The translations under genes and the position numbers were made by a program. The notes under the pieces are model-generated. The model saw nothing but the letters and a program-made list of their open reading frames with translations. It was not told the DNA's origin and searched no databases. A stretch of 64,000 bases of DNA from a virus (taxonomy: Duplodnaviria; Heunggongvirae; Uroviricota; Caudoviricetes): IMG/VR virus record IMGVR_UViG_3300020202_000067, positions 17,335-81,334 of that record, one strand, 5' to 3'. This document shows positions 19,301-25,828 of this stretch, piece after piece (position 1 is the first letter of the stretch; the number at the start of each line of letters is the position of its first letter).

Positions 19301-19343
19301 GTTGAAGATGCCGCCCGAAATTCTCGAACAGATGAGGCAGTGA
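10359..19343 (+). CDS. giant polyvalent internal virion/ejection protein (gp16-position)
   Basis: Uninterrupted 2994-aa ORF directly after the SLT protein. Contains a P-loop zeta-toxin-like kinase segment and an HEAGH metallopeptidase-type motif. C-terminal third is long and hydrophobic/helical. Confidence 0.85.
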   Translation: MAPPIKTPFPVADYADQNPTTMDILKQNEEQIELANEGLIPPKSMAEEIAPQLDELRASEVRQASLTPEDIFIPPSNPKEDDIASQYIQMAQARDNDSAIEEFKERMRARASTIAPNGRPMLPNADGSVSTEESITITDPRINGGAPTNIPSIWGGQRPPYNAGTPEAENWAVEKALESKQRFQSYRSIEDAVQAARQRSLELGKAIERGRLEQRSEVKKATDTINAMESLIAGKPIKSVTEAQSMTELFDIIMEHAQKTNWSDAPGAVAKDIGKGFFVEGVPQAVGGVNLAVKNTSRALAGLADWMTTNVGGEIPVPSTGNKKLDQAIQRPLDFITELLPGDEGIKKAETFTGIFIKEGARFLTGFIPLFRAGKAAGAGNITTSIAAGSLTDAITQTPEEPNLSNLIEKVPPLRNPVTEFLATDPNDPEALNRLRQGIEGAGMGVLTEGLLWGIRALANARKAVPELEAQRQLHGEVGDGTVVAATKDEPYTAVGGASAKNPFVLDLTSEVAREETERRLRAILTGQADGPVIKPSTRPLQDDSFGTRIEKEEVLGLIERKARPEEISAHPLIRRAMERQKRDLEAPQIRIEDITPEHRAQRKFDFNGEEVVGYDKAVPRLAANAEAYAGSNGAAANKEAIILLGPPAAGKTTIGDKLARELRYAVVDADDVKATLPEYAGGVGSTRVHPESTLINAMVLEELARSGKNMVIPKLGHGSEPIVALVQKLKELGYTVDVVNVRMDAEENYRRMISRFIHTGRLIEENYFKQIGDLPTQTYERLKREGLVREAANYDNSTAAPKRLEASERLAAAIERSGGGGDAASIGGAGARQAPPQIERLRQAAEPVYNDMLAQLRATGMKEEEALANAAVVAARYAARAERLGTGKTAMDLYKESGLRVERSDAPPSSERFIVNADEPMPFRPTKEQTLEQRRGWFGTGYWIKDGKLHKIEEGALGPHGDHDGWISIADNANKLGVDEKKSAAFQIATYNFADASKNKWVDKFFKKHPEYAQAADEGTPLQDFDFFDSDFKKFFGMEAHEALAWRPEGMFRMRKWPDGQLTIDNIDAIKDTRKFIEQVMAQEPELLNGVKRISVASAKDDSYIDLTVEQFLDGKWKGKGYSFEQRGAAPPFFSVIDRAVGGASFDKGSAGQWLGLLKNTAGVKQEEIKWRGIDKFLEDRKGQMVTKAEIEEWLRISEVKIKEIRKDNEKAGFIDEDEVMAEADRIYRRWSSGENVTADYREVEAGPNIAFEVIDNRGIVIERVYSPESARAIAEDFNRAINEQDFGALVDWSQIAAEQIAKSDAAEVTRHGTHILPGPNSKYREILLTLPDNDRVVPNPAKRVWWVDVPDSPAPAMAFSEEQVAQIRSRYPEGTNLQVREENFTGVDVADSGGTFRVDDHWHEDNVLAHARVTERELGTGQKGYQWVNTGSGNKSQIFPSLEAANGYYWSLPDNLKSQIKLAHVEDRKVKTLFIEEIQSDWHQQGRERGYKEPNAKAEHERLTQAHKDLIPEINRVIEENDRLGFDTVHEARGALWRDGVERWEFSKPEDLEIAKKYVDALNALREFEAKKSDKAVPDAPFKKNWHELMLKRMIKLAADEGYDQIAWTTGKQQNDRWSLSRELKRIEYDEATKQLRATPKNGREELHWRDVDGERLKEIVGAEMARKILETQPSSVRQVAQIENDIVKYVREFTGDDNFTFPAANEPGKWSIITNLERNKPAMKRLVQEWQDASNGRLVGKRILEGEDLELGGQGMKSFYDRMLVNAANDLGKPHKAQVKQGEVVTGQSLETVFRGEAPTAAKLNEVVEDLLDKQSQGILTGFSRSEIKHIAIIADAMEGGKTFDQAMQVHGLGSTYALMQKVGYDVDMRPAVKTEPVHVLEITPELRRTAREDGFRLFQNPRGWEDAPGGPDYFGHPKGIIDIKSNEAVVKLFRTADASTFQHEAGHLFFFELMRDAAMDAAPKQLKDDLDTVFRWLGVQDGTQLTRAHHEQWAKGFERYLAEGSAPSPQLQSAFERFKTWLIEIYRSLTSIGDKEITDEVRGVMDRLLATDPELALAGKAPLVGPAGLTGDILGAVVPRLQEAGFDGLVTKSVGGKTRAMALPAQLAGRDKLGAAMEATETGVPSQVVAQGLVGSAEDAASRAGIARVLRTDDSPVGATGEGAIAPGPDVYVNFGRINEPDDVKQVIRDLADAFKGEINEARRGVQSNEETIRLADRLGMGVDELLQRQKGQPFNAEQALAARRLLNTSAEQLLGFAEKAALPTATLADQYNFRRMLAVHQAIQTEVIAARTETARALQSWAIPAGGNVEMARNIQQLIDGAGGAKVTQELAKRMAILKAQGLPPAAIDTMVKRSWAAVSMDMVKEAFVLGLLWNPKTHVANFASNLVTAAQQVYERSAARAIGDLLGTAVSGSRVVDGEAIAMMYGWVTSLKDAFRLAGRAAVYGETGQAIPGSKMDERIGAISSRHIAESRGYSAVETQQFVSSTAGRAIDFMGTVVRLPGNALAAGDEFFKTIGYRMELHAHSLRQATDEGYTGPDLWKRMMEIVNDPPEHIRIAAADAALYATFQSKMGEIGTAISMARNAGSYNPTFAVLPFVKTPTNILRYTFERTPLAFLVKRWRDDIDAGGARRDLALARMSTGTAIMAVAMDFAANGQITGTGPRERGRKEALMRDGWQPSSALVDGKYYSFNRGDPLAMPFTVMGQVAEIMRSKDLAPEDFDQLQEIMGAAIGIMSTTVVDKTYFQGISQIIMAIESSEKGSQAAANWMNRQVGGFVPFSSAQGVVKQFTDPVQREVNSMWDGIQNRLFWMSENLPPVRDLWGEERKPEEVFGKAYDVLSPAQVTKQKGSPIDQEIIRLGGSIERIKKKGEFMGADVNFYEWPKVYDEYVRLAGNELKHPAWGVGLKDLLNQVVSGKHELSEVYNFMSNGPEGGKMAWLKNQVSAYRRLAQQEIMNSDKFPEFVNYVNTRRQQRQELKMPPEILEQMRQ
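12264..12758 (+). other. zeta-toxin-like P-loop kinase domain
   Basis: ILLGPPAAGKTT (nt 12294-12320 encodes GPPAAGKTT), followed by VVDADDVKATLPEY. Resembles the Walker A plus D-x-D-xFR..HPxY layout of zeta/AAA_33 kinases. Confidence 0.6.
16197..16211 (+). other. HExxH motif (HEAGH) in giant protein
   Basis: FQHEAGHLFFFEL at about aa 1947. This context is reminiscent of metallopeptidase domains described in phage polyvalent proteins. Confidence 0.45.
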
Positions 19344-19347
19344 AGAA

Positions 19348-19773
19348 ATGGTCGCATACAATAAATTTCAAGTCTTTGTTGAGAACATCGCCGAGGGCGT
19401 TCACAATCTCGGAGCTGACACTCTCAAGGTGATGCTCTCCAATACAGCGCCGGTTGCCACCAACACAATCAAGGCGAACATCACAGAGATTTCCGCTGGC
19501 AATGGATATACCGCTGGCGGAACACAAGCGACAATTTCATCTTCATCGCACACAACCGGCACCTACAAGCTGGTTCTTGCCGACGTTGTGTTCACAGCAT
19601 CAGGTGGGACTATTGGTCCGCTGCGTTATGCAGTGCTCTACAATGACACGCCAACTTCGCCTGCGGACCCATTGATCTGCTGGCACGACTATGGCAGCTC
19701 TATCACGTTGCAGGATACCGAAACTTTTACCTGGGATGCGGATGCAACCAATGGCATCTTGACCATTGCATGA
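19348..19773 (+). CDS. virion structural protein (tail-associated, by position)
   Basis: 141 aa, T/S/G/A-rich beta-type sequence. First gene after the ejection proteins. Confidence 0.55.
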   Translation: MVAYNKFQVFVENIAEGVHNLGADTLKVMLSNTAPVATNTIKANITEISAGNGYTAGGTQATISSSSHTTGTYKLVLADVVFTASGGTIGPLRYAVLYNDTPTSPADPLICWHDYGSSITLQDTETFTWDADATNGILTIA

Positions 19774-20024
19774 GCGATCCAACAAACAAGATCATGCACC
19801 TCAAGACGCCGAACTATCCGCAGTTCCGTTTTGAGTATCACCCATTCAAGAAGAAGGTCTACATCATACGCGTAGGCATCCTTCCAGAGATCGGTGAGGC
19901 ATTCGCGCATGAAATTGAAACCGAAGGCGCAGCGTGGAATGCTGCGCTCATCTGGCTACGTGGCTACAAGGAAGCAAAAAGGGAACTGAGCAATGTCGGC
20001 ATTGAAATCAAGATTGCGAGCTGA
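19770..20024 (+). CDS. hypothetical protein
   Basis: 84 aa track ORF, ATGA-coupled to the previous gene. No motif recognised. Confidence 0.5.
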   Translation: MSDPTNKIMHLKTPNYPQFRFEYHPFKKKVYIIRVGILPEIGEAFAHEIETEGAAWNAALIWLRGYKEAKRELSNVGIEIKIAS

Positions 20025-20247
20025 GTTCGACGAACTTGTCCGTAAGCGCGATGAAATCCGCGCCATTTCTACGCCAATGCGTGAAACTCGTGACAAGTTC
20101 AAGAATGAAATGCAAGCTCGTCTCAGGCAGATGGATGATGAAATCAGGAAAATTGAAGAGCCGCTCTATGAACTAGAAACAGATATCGGCTCTCTCGCTC
20201 GCGCTGTCGGCGGGCGCTACATGAGTGATGGGCGCGGCAATAAATAA
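19993..20247 (+). CDS. hypothetical coiled-coil protein
   Basis: 84 aa, R/E/K-rich helical. Stop overlaps the next start (TAATG). Confidence 0.5.
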   Translation: MSALKSRLRAEFDELVRKRDEIRAISTPMRETRDKFKNEMQARLRQMDDEIRKIEEPLYELETDIGSLARAVGGRYMSDGRGNK

Positions 20248-20858
20248 TGCCGGCCTTCCAGCCAGTCAGCGGCGCTCCTGTTGCAGATCCGAACCTCTAT
20301 GTAAGAGGCCTGCTGGCTATAGAGACAGGCTTCTTCAATCTCAATGGCCAAGCAGTCACACTCAGAAAAGGCTCCAAGGTCCAGGCAGGAGCTGGATCTT
20401 ATGCGCTGACCGGGAATGAAATTGCTTTCACCATCTCAACTTCTCAAGCGGGCATCAATCAGGTGCTCCTCACTGGATCGACATCAAACAGGGTTTACGG
20501 GTTCACAATGACAACCAATTTCGTCATGACTGCCGGAGACACAAAGACGCTCGTGATCTCTGTCAAAGACGCTTCCGGTAACCCAGTCAATATTACAGAC
20601 GCAAGCATCAAGTGGCAGGCAGGACGGAGCTTTGGTAAGGCGTCATCCATATCAAAAGCCACTGGCGGCTCTGGAATTTCGATTACGGATGCGGCGAATG
20701 GAGTGTTCACAGTCACACTCAATCCAAGCGATACAGAAAGTCTGAAGGGAACTTTTTATCACGAAGCTCAGGTTACTGGATCTGACAGTGCAATCTCTAC
20801 TGTAATATCTGGAACGATGAAGATCAACCCAGCATTGATCGAGTCAACAGCGACCTAA
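20247..20858 (+). CDS. tail fibre/spike-like protein 1
   Basis: 203 aa. N-terminus MPAFQPVSGAPVA is shared with the next gene. One GSYALTG unit; Ig-like T/S-rich C-terminal part. Confidence 0.6.
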   Translation: MPAFQPVSGAPVADPNLYVRGLLAIETGFFNLNGQAVTLRKGSKVQAGAGSYALTGNEIAFTISTSQAGINQVLLTGSTSNRVYGFTMTTNFVMTAGDTKTLVISVKDASGNPVNITDASIKWQAGRSFGKASSISKATGGSGISITDAANGVFTVTLNPSDTESLKGTFYHEAQVTGSDSAISTVISGTMKINPALIESTAT

Positions 20859-21550
20859 TGCCTTCATTCACTCCAGTATCAGGAGCGCCAGTCGCAACAG
20901 CCGCATTTGGCGGCACTGTCAATCACTACATCATAACAATCGATGCTGGATCTTACACACTTTCAGGACAAGCTGTTGATTTAGATTTCGGCCGCAAGCT
21001 TACGCTCGGTGCAGGGTCTTACACACTCACCGGTCAAGCGATTATTTTCGACGTCAAGATGCCGGCAGAGGCTGGCAGCTACACACTCACCGGCCAAGAT
21101 GTTGATCTCGATGCTGACAGAAAGATCTATCCGGATGCCGGAGCTTACACACTCACCGGTCAAGCGATTATTTTCGACGTCAAGATGCCGGCAGAGGCTG
21201 GCAGCTACACGCTCACCGGCCAAGATGTTGATCTCGACTTCGGCCATAAGATCACGATTGGAGCTGGCAGCTACACGCTCACCGGCCAAGATGTTGATCT
21301 CGATGCTGACAGAAAGATCTATCCGGACGTTGGCAGCTATGCACTCACCGGCAAGGATGTTGCTTTTGTATTCAGCTTAGACACCGACAATGGCCTTTAC
21401 ATAGTGCTGCACGGGGAGCAAGAGAGCGAGTTGGAGTTGGAAGGTCTGTTGCAAACTTCAATCAATCTTCATGGCAGACTCGAGACAGAAGAAGATCTGG
21501 ACGCGTTGAAAGTTGGCGACAGCAACCTCACCGGTGGTCTGAAGGCTTAA
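20858..21550 (+). CDS. tail fibre/spike-like protein 2 with seven GSYTLTGQ repeats
   Basis: 230 aa. N-terminus MPSFTPVSGAPVA. Seven ~21-aa units G[SA]Y[TA]L[ST]G..[VI].[FL]D. Confidence 0.6.
   Translation: MPSFTPVSGAPVATAAFGGTVNHYIITIDAGSYTLSGQAVDLDFGRKLTLGAGSYTLTGQAIIFDVKMPAEAGSYTLTGQDVDLDADRKIYPDAGAYTLTGQAIIFDVKMPAEAGSYTLTGQDVDLDFGHKITIGAGSYTLTGQDVDLDADRKIYPDVGSYALTGKDVAFVFSLDTDNGLYIVLHGEQESELELEGLLQTSINLHGRLETEEDLDALKVGDSNLTGGLKA
20948..21373 (+). repeat. in-frame tandem coding repeats (60-66 nt units; 126-bp near-perfect duplication)
   Basis: About 21017-21112 and 21143-21238 are nearly identical (one mismatch seen). 21264-21326 repeats 21073-21135. Confidence 0.85.
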
Positions 21551-21575
21551 CTGGACTCCTCCCAGGAGCAACTTG

Positions 21576-21603
21576 ACCCGCCTGCAAAGGCGGGTTATTT
21601 TTT
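21576..21603 (+). terminator. rho-independent terminator at convergent junction (probably bidirectional)
   Basis: ACCCGCC-tgcaaa-GGCGGGT followed by TATTTTTTTG. On the other strand the stem directly follows the TAA of the last minus-strand gene. Confidence 0.8.
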
Positions 21604-21822
21604 GTCCACAATGCGGAACTCCTTCCCCACCGCGCCCAACGCTGCAGCAAGCGTTGTGTGTTGCGGTCGTTTGGTCTTCTTGGAGCGCCAGTTGCGGATA
21701 GTTGAAGCGCTGAGCCCGCTGATCTGATTGATCTCTCGCGGCTTGTAGCCATTCAACTCTTCAAGCACATTTCCGACGGCAGGGTCCTGATCGCGGAAGA
21801 CGTATGTCTTGTAGCGCTTCAT
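21595..21822 (-). CDS. Ner/Nlp-like HTH DNA-binding protein
   Basis: 75 aa. ISGLSASTIRNWRSKKTKRPQHTTLAAALG resembles the Ner/Nlp HTH region. Last gene of the leftward block. Confidence 0.5.
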   Translation of the reverse strand: MKRYKTYVFRDQDPAVGNVLEELNGYKPREINQISGLSASTIRNWRSKKTKRPQHTTLAAALGAVGKEFRIVDKK

Positions 21823-21956
21823 TTCTTCAACGCCTCCCAGAGCAATTCAACATAATAGGCAGCAGCGCTCAATGGTGAGATTTCCATCGCTTCGTAGACC
21901 TCCTCAAGCGTTTTGCACTTCCGCACCTTTTCGATGATCTGTTCTCTCATGTTCAT
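21819..21956 (-). CDS. small hypothetical protein (45 aa, not in track)
   Basis: MNMREQIIEKVRKCKTLEEVYEAMEISPLSAAAYYVELLWEALKK. ATGA overlaps at both ends fill an otherwise empty gap. Confidence 0.45.
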   Translation of the reverse strand: MNMREQIIEKVRKCKTLEEVYEAMEISPLSAAAYYVELLWEALKK

Positions 21957-22288
21957 TTCAGCACCTTGTAGTGAGCACGCTTGAGGCGCTTGATGCGCTT
22001 CTCTTTGATGAGCTCTGCGAGAACCGGAGTTAAATGTTTTGACTCCTTGCTGATTGCACCAGCCGCGTCTTGGGTCGTGAACTCTGCCACCTGAGTCTCC
22101 TTGATCCAGGCCAGCAGCATGCCCTTGATCGTGCCATCACTTTTCGCAGCCAGAGCCCCATTGCGCTGCGGACGCGCATTGACGACAGGCACGACCTTCA
22201 TATCATACACTTTCATGTTGGATCCCATGAACCACATGAACTTGGCAAGGTCCTTGCCATCGATCACACCATCAAATTTGAACAACAT
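21953..22288 (-). CDS. hypothetical protein
   Basis: Start moved to MLFKFDG (AAGGAGGA RBS 8 nt upstream, 13 nt after the previous stop). 111 aa with a basic C-terminal helix. Confidence 0.6.
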   Translation of the reverse strand: MLFKFDGVIDGKDLAKFMWFMGSNMKVYDMKVVPVVNARPQRNGALAAKSDGTIKGMLLAWIKETQVAEFTTQDAAGAISKESKHLTPVLAELIKEKRIKRLKRAHYKVLK

Positions 22289-22301
22289 CAAGGTTCCTCC
22301 T

Positions 22302-22586
22302 TTATTCCCAAAGTTCCCATGCTCCATTGACACGACGCACATGCTGTAATGGCTCCCAGCGCTCTCCTTTCTTGTCCCATTTCACAATGATGCCTGGATA
22401 GCGACCGTTTGAATGTGGGCTAGGCGCGTGCCTAACAATGTCGCCAGTGTCGATTTCCTTGCGGACGTTAGCCATGCAACCGTCCCAATCGATCTTAGTG
22501 ATTGTGTGTCCTGATTTGATATCGGCAGCTTCAAAGGTGCCTGGACCAAAGCCTGCGACGTTCAGAATGTGATCCATCAGACTCAT
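22302..22586 (-). CDS. hypothetical protein
   Basis: 94 aa track ORF, 4-nt overlap with the upstream gene. Confidence 0.55.
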   Translation of the reverse strand: MSLMDHILNVAGFGPGTFEAADIKSGHTITKIDWDGCMANVRKEIDTGDIVRHAPSPHSNGRYPGIIVKWDKKGERWEPLQHVRRVNGAWELWE

Positions 22587-22981
22587 TTTGACTCCCTTTT
22601 ATTCCATGGCTTGAACGCCTTGAGTTCGCCAAGATCAGGCCACGAACCTGTGAAGTTGAGCGCGCGGTCGTCGATGGTAACCATGGCGCTAGGCTTGAGA
22701 CGCACGAAGAGGACGTCCTCGAGACCTGGCCCAAGTGGCGTTTCGTTCCAAAGGTTTCCGGCATGCTTCTTGAGCCAACGACGCATTGCCAAGGGGCCAA
22801 AGATGTGCCGCGCCCGCGAGGAGTGCACAACGACATCCCAGCCACTGTTGATTGCATGGTACATGAACAGCAGCGCGCCCGGCACCGGCGGATCCGGGAT
22901 GTTCGTAGCGCCCTTCCATCCTGACGTGTAGGAATGGATGACGCCATCGAAGTCAAGGCAAAGTATTGGTTTCCGTTGCAT
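22583..22981 (-). CDS. HAD-superfamily phosphatase (5'-nucleotidase-like)
   Basis: LCLDFDGVIH (DxDG motif I) near the N-terminus, TIDDR near the C-terminus. Start set at MQRKP after a GGAG RBS. Confidence 0.55.
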   Translation of the reverse strand: MQRKPILCLDFDGVIHSYTSGWKGATNIPDPPVPGALLFMYHAINSGWDVVVHSSRARHIFGPLAMRRWLKKHAGNLWNETPLGPGLEDVLFVRLKPSAMVTIDDRALNFTGSWPDLGELKAFKPWNKRESK

Positions 22982-23237
22982 CTTCCAACTCCACATTGAT
23001 AGCTTTTTTGAGATCAAAGTAATGGTTGCAGATCAGATCAACCACTTCATTAATTTCAATTTCTCCTCTACGCAAAGAGAAGAGATCGAAGAATGCTTGA
23101 ACATTCAGCTTGCGCTGATGATCGAGTGCGTTGGACAATACGAGGTGTTCCTCGCCGTCAGATGTCTGATAGATCGTTTTCTCTATCGCTTTAATCTTGA
23201 CATTCATTTCGGTATCCTTTCCAGATTTTCCATCCAT
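22953..23237 (-). CDS. hypothetical protein
   Basis: 94 aa track ORF. The true start may be MNVKIK at 23207. Confidence 0.45.
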   Translation of the reverse strand: MDGKSGKDTEMNVKIKAIEKTIYQTSDGEEHLVLSNALDHQRKLNVQAFFDLFSLRRGEIEINEVVDLICNHYFDLKKAINVELEDATETNTLP

Positions 23238-23439
23238 GACGCTTCCACTCCTTCATCATTCGCTTCCAGCGCTCTGTCCCAACTTTGCAGTAGCTATAGT
23301 TGAGTGACTGCGCCAGGATCGTCTTGCGTTCATTGGATCCACATCGCTGCAGCGTGACGCTACGTTCGTATGCATAGATCACCTTCCAAGGCGGCCGTCC
23401 GGGGTTCTGAGCGACATTCTCACCCGGTTGATAGCTCAT
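23191..23439 (-). CDS. hypothetical protein
   Basis: 82 aa track ORF, W/K/R-rich. ATGA-coupled upstream. Confidence 0.45.
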   Translation of the reverse strand: MSYQPGENVAQNPGRPPWKVIYAYERSVTLQRCGSNERKTILAQSLNYSYCKVGTERWKRMMKEWKRHGWKIWKGYRNECQD

Positions 23440-23597
23440 GTCGTACTCTCCGGCAGGCCAAGGGCCTTGTTGACTTCCTCTCTTGTCAGCAACCGCTCAA
23501 TCGGTAGCTCATCGCACTTGCGCGTTAGCGGCCCGCTCAAGTTTGCTATGACAGCCATGCAGCTTCCGATCCGTTTGACTTTTCTGGGAAAGATCAT
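23436..23597 (-). CDS. small hypothetical protein (53 aa, not in track)
   Basis: MIFPRKVKRIGSC...LGLPESTT. ATGA overlaps with the SNF2 stop and the next start. Confidence 0.4.
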   Translation of the reverse strand: MIFPRKVKRIGSCMAVIANLSGPLTRKCDELPIERLLTREEVNKALGLPESTT

Positions 23598-25063
23598 ATG
23601 AGCCACTCGCGCCAAGTGTCGCCGTTAATAATAGCAGCCAGATCGATCTTGTCGCGCAGCGCCTTGATGAACTTCTCTTCAACTGTGCCGGGCGCTATCA
23701 GATCAATGTAGCCGATTGACTTGGTCTTGCCTACGCCTTTCGGACGCTCCTCGCTCTGGGAGCGGTGTTCAAGGTCCGATGTCGAAGAGTAATAGACCAC
23801 GAGATCTGCGCAGTCCCAAGTTCGTCCACGTCCACCTGCAGCTGCCGTAGCAACAATGAAACGGCAGGAAGGATCCGTTTTGAAAGATCTCTCCTCGTCT
23901 TCCCTGGTTGCACGATTGCCGCCCCAGAAGCGCGCCACCTTGCAATCAAACTCTTTGGCGAGCGCTTCCGAGACCTTTTTGATGTCGTGGTCGTACGAAC
24001 ACCAGATGATCGCCTTGCCATCGTAGTCCTCCAGCAACTCAATGAGCGCCTCAGTGCGCTTCTCAGGGATGGTGTGCCACCCACCCTCCTCATCACGCAC
24101 ATGCCCACACAACACCTGGTGCATGCGCAGGATCTGAGAGATGACGATGGTGGCAGTGACATGCTTCTCGCCAGAGAGCTTGGCGGTCGCAAACTGTTTC
24201 AGCTCCTTGTAGATGCGCTTCTGCTCATCCGTCAACGGCACCTCACGGAAGGCGTAGGTTGATGGCGGCAGATCGTAGCAGTCCTCGAGACGCACACGGA
24301 AGGAATGTGGCGCGATGCGGCGCTGCAAATCCTCGGCGTCTCGGTATCCGACGATGATCGGCACCTCGCGGCCACCGAACTTCATCGACTTCATCACGGC
24401 GTAGCGCGCACGGAAAGTGTAGAATGACTTGTGGCCAAGGATCCTTGGATCAAGGAACTCAAATTGGGAGAACAGATCCATCGGTGAACGCGGCGTGATG
24501 AGGCCTGAAAGAATGCGCTTGTACTCCGCCAATGGCGCAACGTTCTTGTTGATGAACTTGGTGCGCTTGGCCTTGTGATTCTTTATTGCTGTGGACTCGT
24601 CCACTGCGACAGCGTTCCGACCCTTGCGCTGGCGAAGTAAATTGAGCAGAAGATCTCGCGCCTGCTCGACTGTACTCAACGCCTCGATGTTCATCAACAA
24701 GATGCGAGGGCCGTTATGAGACATAAAGTCACGGATCTCTTGCTTCGCCCTCGCTGACCCATGGCTTCCGCTTTCCCAGACGAAGACGCGCGTCGCGCTG
24801 AGCACTTCGTCTGGCACATCGTCCTTGATGGCCTGGACCCATGTCTTGTAAACACCGGCCGGGGCGAGGACGACGAGGTCAAGGCACAAGCCTTCCCACA
24901 CCATCTTCGCCCAGTCATCGAGCGTGACTTTGGTCTTGCCGGTGCGCATAGCCATGAGCAGAGCGAACACCTTCTTGCCAGCCATACGCTTCAGAGCTTC
25001 AGATTGCTTCTCGCGCGGCTTGCGCTTGAATGGGTAGCGTTTTGTCATCTTGCATTGTTCCAT
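23594..25063 (-). CDS. SNF2-family DNA helicase/translocase
   Basis: 489 aa. GTGKT-like motif I (RTGKTKV), DESTAIKN (DExx box) and a C-terminal helicase lobe with AAGGRGRT. Confidence 0.85.
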   Translation of the reverse strand: MEQCKMTKRYPFKRKPREKQSEALKRMAGKKVFALLMAMRTGKTKVTLDDWAKMVWEGLCLDLVVLAPAGVYKTWVQAIKDDVPDEVLSATRVFVWESGSHGSARAKQEIRDFMSHNGPRILLMNIEALSTVEQARDLLLNLLRQRKGRNAVAVDESTAIKNHKAKRTKFINKNVAPLAEYKRILSGLITPRSPMDLFSQFEFLDPRILGHKSFYTFRARYAVMKSMKFGGREVPIIVGYRDAEDLQRRIAPHSFRVRLEDCYDLPPSTYAFREVPLTDEQKRIYKELKQFATAKLSGEKHVTATIVISQILRMHQVLCGHVRDEEGGWHTIPEKRTEALIELLEDYDGKAIIWCSYDHDIKKVSEALAKEFDCKVARFWGGNRATREDEERSFKTDPSCRFIVATAAAGGRGRTWDCADLVVYYSSTSDLEHRSQSEERPKGVGKTKSIGYIDLIAPGTVEEKFIKALRDKIDLAAIINGDTWREWLI

Positions 25064-25245
25064 CTCTTCTGGAGCTCATCACGCACAGCGGTCGTGGCTT
25101 CCCATTCTCTTGCACCGCCCTTCTTCTGACGGATCTCACAAAGATCTTCCGCTCGACAGTAAGGATTGCCATCGGGCGTCAGCTTCATGTTTGAACGCAC
25201 CAGGGTGCCGTATCCACACTTGTGGCACGTGAAACCCCTACTCAT
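25045..25245 (-). CDS. small zinc-ribbon-like protein
   Basis: 66 aa with CHKCG ... CRAEDLC cysteine pairs. Confidence 0.5.
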   Translation of the reverse strand: MSRGFTCHKCGYGTLVRSNMKLTPDGNPYCRAEDLCEIRQKKGGAREWEATTAVRDELQKRWNNAR

Positions 25246-25411
25246 GCCGGACTCCGAGATGCTCTGTCAAAAGACGGTAAGTCAACATGCTTTCACTCGG
25301 GCTCAACTTAGCGAACTCATCAGGGTTCTCGCTGGGACCGTGATCAGCACTGGTCTTAAGCTTGTCAAGAACAACATTGACTGTTTCTTGCAGGTGCTTG
25401 ATGTCGCTCAT
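25238..25411 (-). CDS. hypothetical protein
   Basis: Start set at MSDIKHLQ (ATGA overlap with the upstream small ORF). 57 aa. Confidence 0.5.
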   Translation of the reverse strand: MSDIKHLQETVNVVLDKLKTSADHGPSENPDEFAKLSPSESMLTYRLLTEHLGVRHE

Positions 25412-25554
25412 CGCAACCACTCTCCTCCTTTTTCAATCCACTCTGTTACGCCCCAGAACAAGAATACTGTGATCACTCCCAAGAGGAAGTAGTCAATCGC
25501 TCTTGGCCCGGTTGCGGGTGGCTGCCCGCGTATCTGCCATGGTTTCTTCATCAT
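25408..25554 (-). CDS. small membrane protein (48 aa, not in track)
   Basis: MMKKPWQIRG...DYFLLGVITVFLFWGV...; one predicted TM helix. ATGA overlaps at both ends. Confidence 0.45.
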   Translation of the reverse strand: MMKKPWQIRGQPPATGPRAIDYFLLGVITVFLFWGVTEWIEKGGEWLR

Positions 25555-25745
25555 GTGAATATCTTTCCAAGAGTCTCCTTGATTTCTCCCTTGTACTTCG
25601 CCAACCTGCCATTGTCTTCATTGACAAGGTTCAACAAGTTGATCGCGTGGTTGATATAAGGAACTTCATCAGAAGTGAACGCAGCGCCTACGCCATGACG
25701 CAATGCGTCATCCAGCTTGTCCTGGATGGACATGAGCATCTCCAT
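25551..25745 (-). CDS. hypothetical protein
   Basis: 64 aa track ORF. First gene after an intergenic hairpin. Confidence 0.55.
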   Translation of the reverse strand: MEMLMSIQDKLDDALRHGVGAAFTSDEVPYINHAINLLNLVNEDNGRLAKYKGEIKETLGKIFT

Positions 25746-25763
25746 ATTTGTTAGAGGGAAGGT

Positions 25764-25814
25764 GACCCCACGCTTCCCAGGGAGGGAAGGGGCGGTTGCG
25801 GGAAGCGCGGGGTC
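25764..25814 (-). other. 15-bp GC-rich stem-loop in 83-nt intergenic gap
   Basis: GACCCCACGCTTCCC ... GGGAAGCGCGGGGTC (14/15 complementary, 21-nt loop). No U-tract on the transcribed strand. Confidence 0.6.
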
Positions 25815-25828
25815 TAGACGTCGCGCAC

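Noticed and set aside
20948-21373. Possible CRISPR-like or non-coding tandem array
   Set aside because: The repeats are in frame within a fibre-like ORF, have no unique spacers, and the units translate to the same GSYTLTGQ peptide.
25779-25799. G-quadruplex in the hairpin loop (GGGAGGGAAGGGGCGG)
   Set aside because: It lies on the non-transcribed strand of the block, has only three clear G3 tracts, and is more simply explained as the loop of the 15-bp stem.
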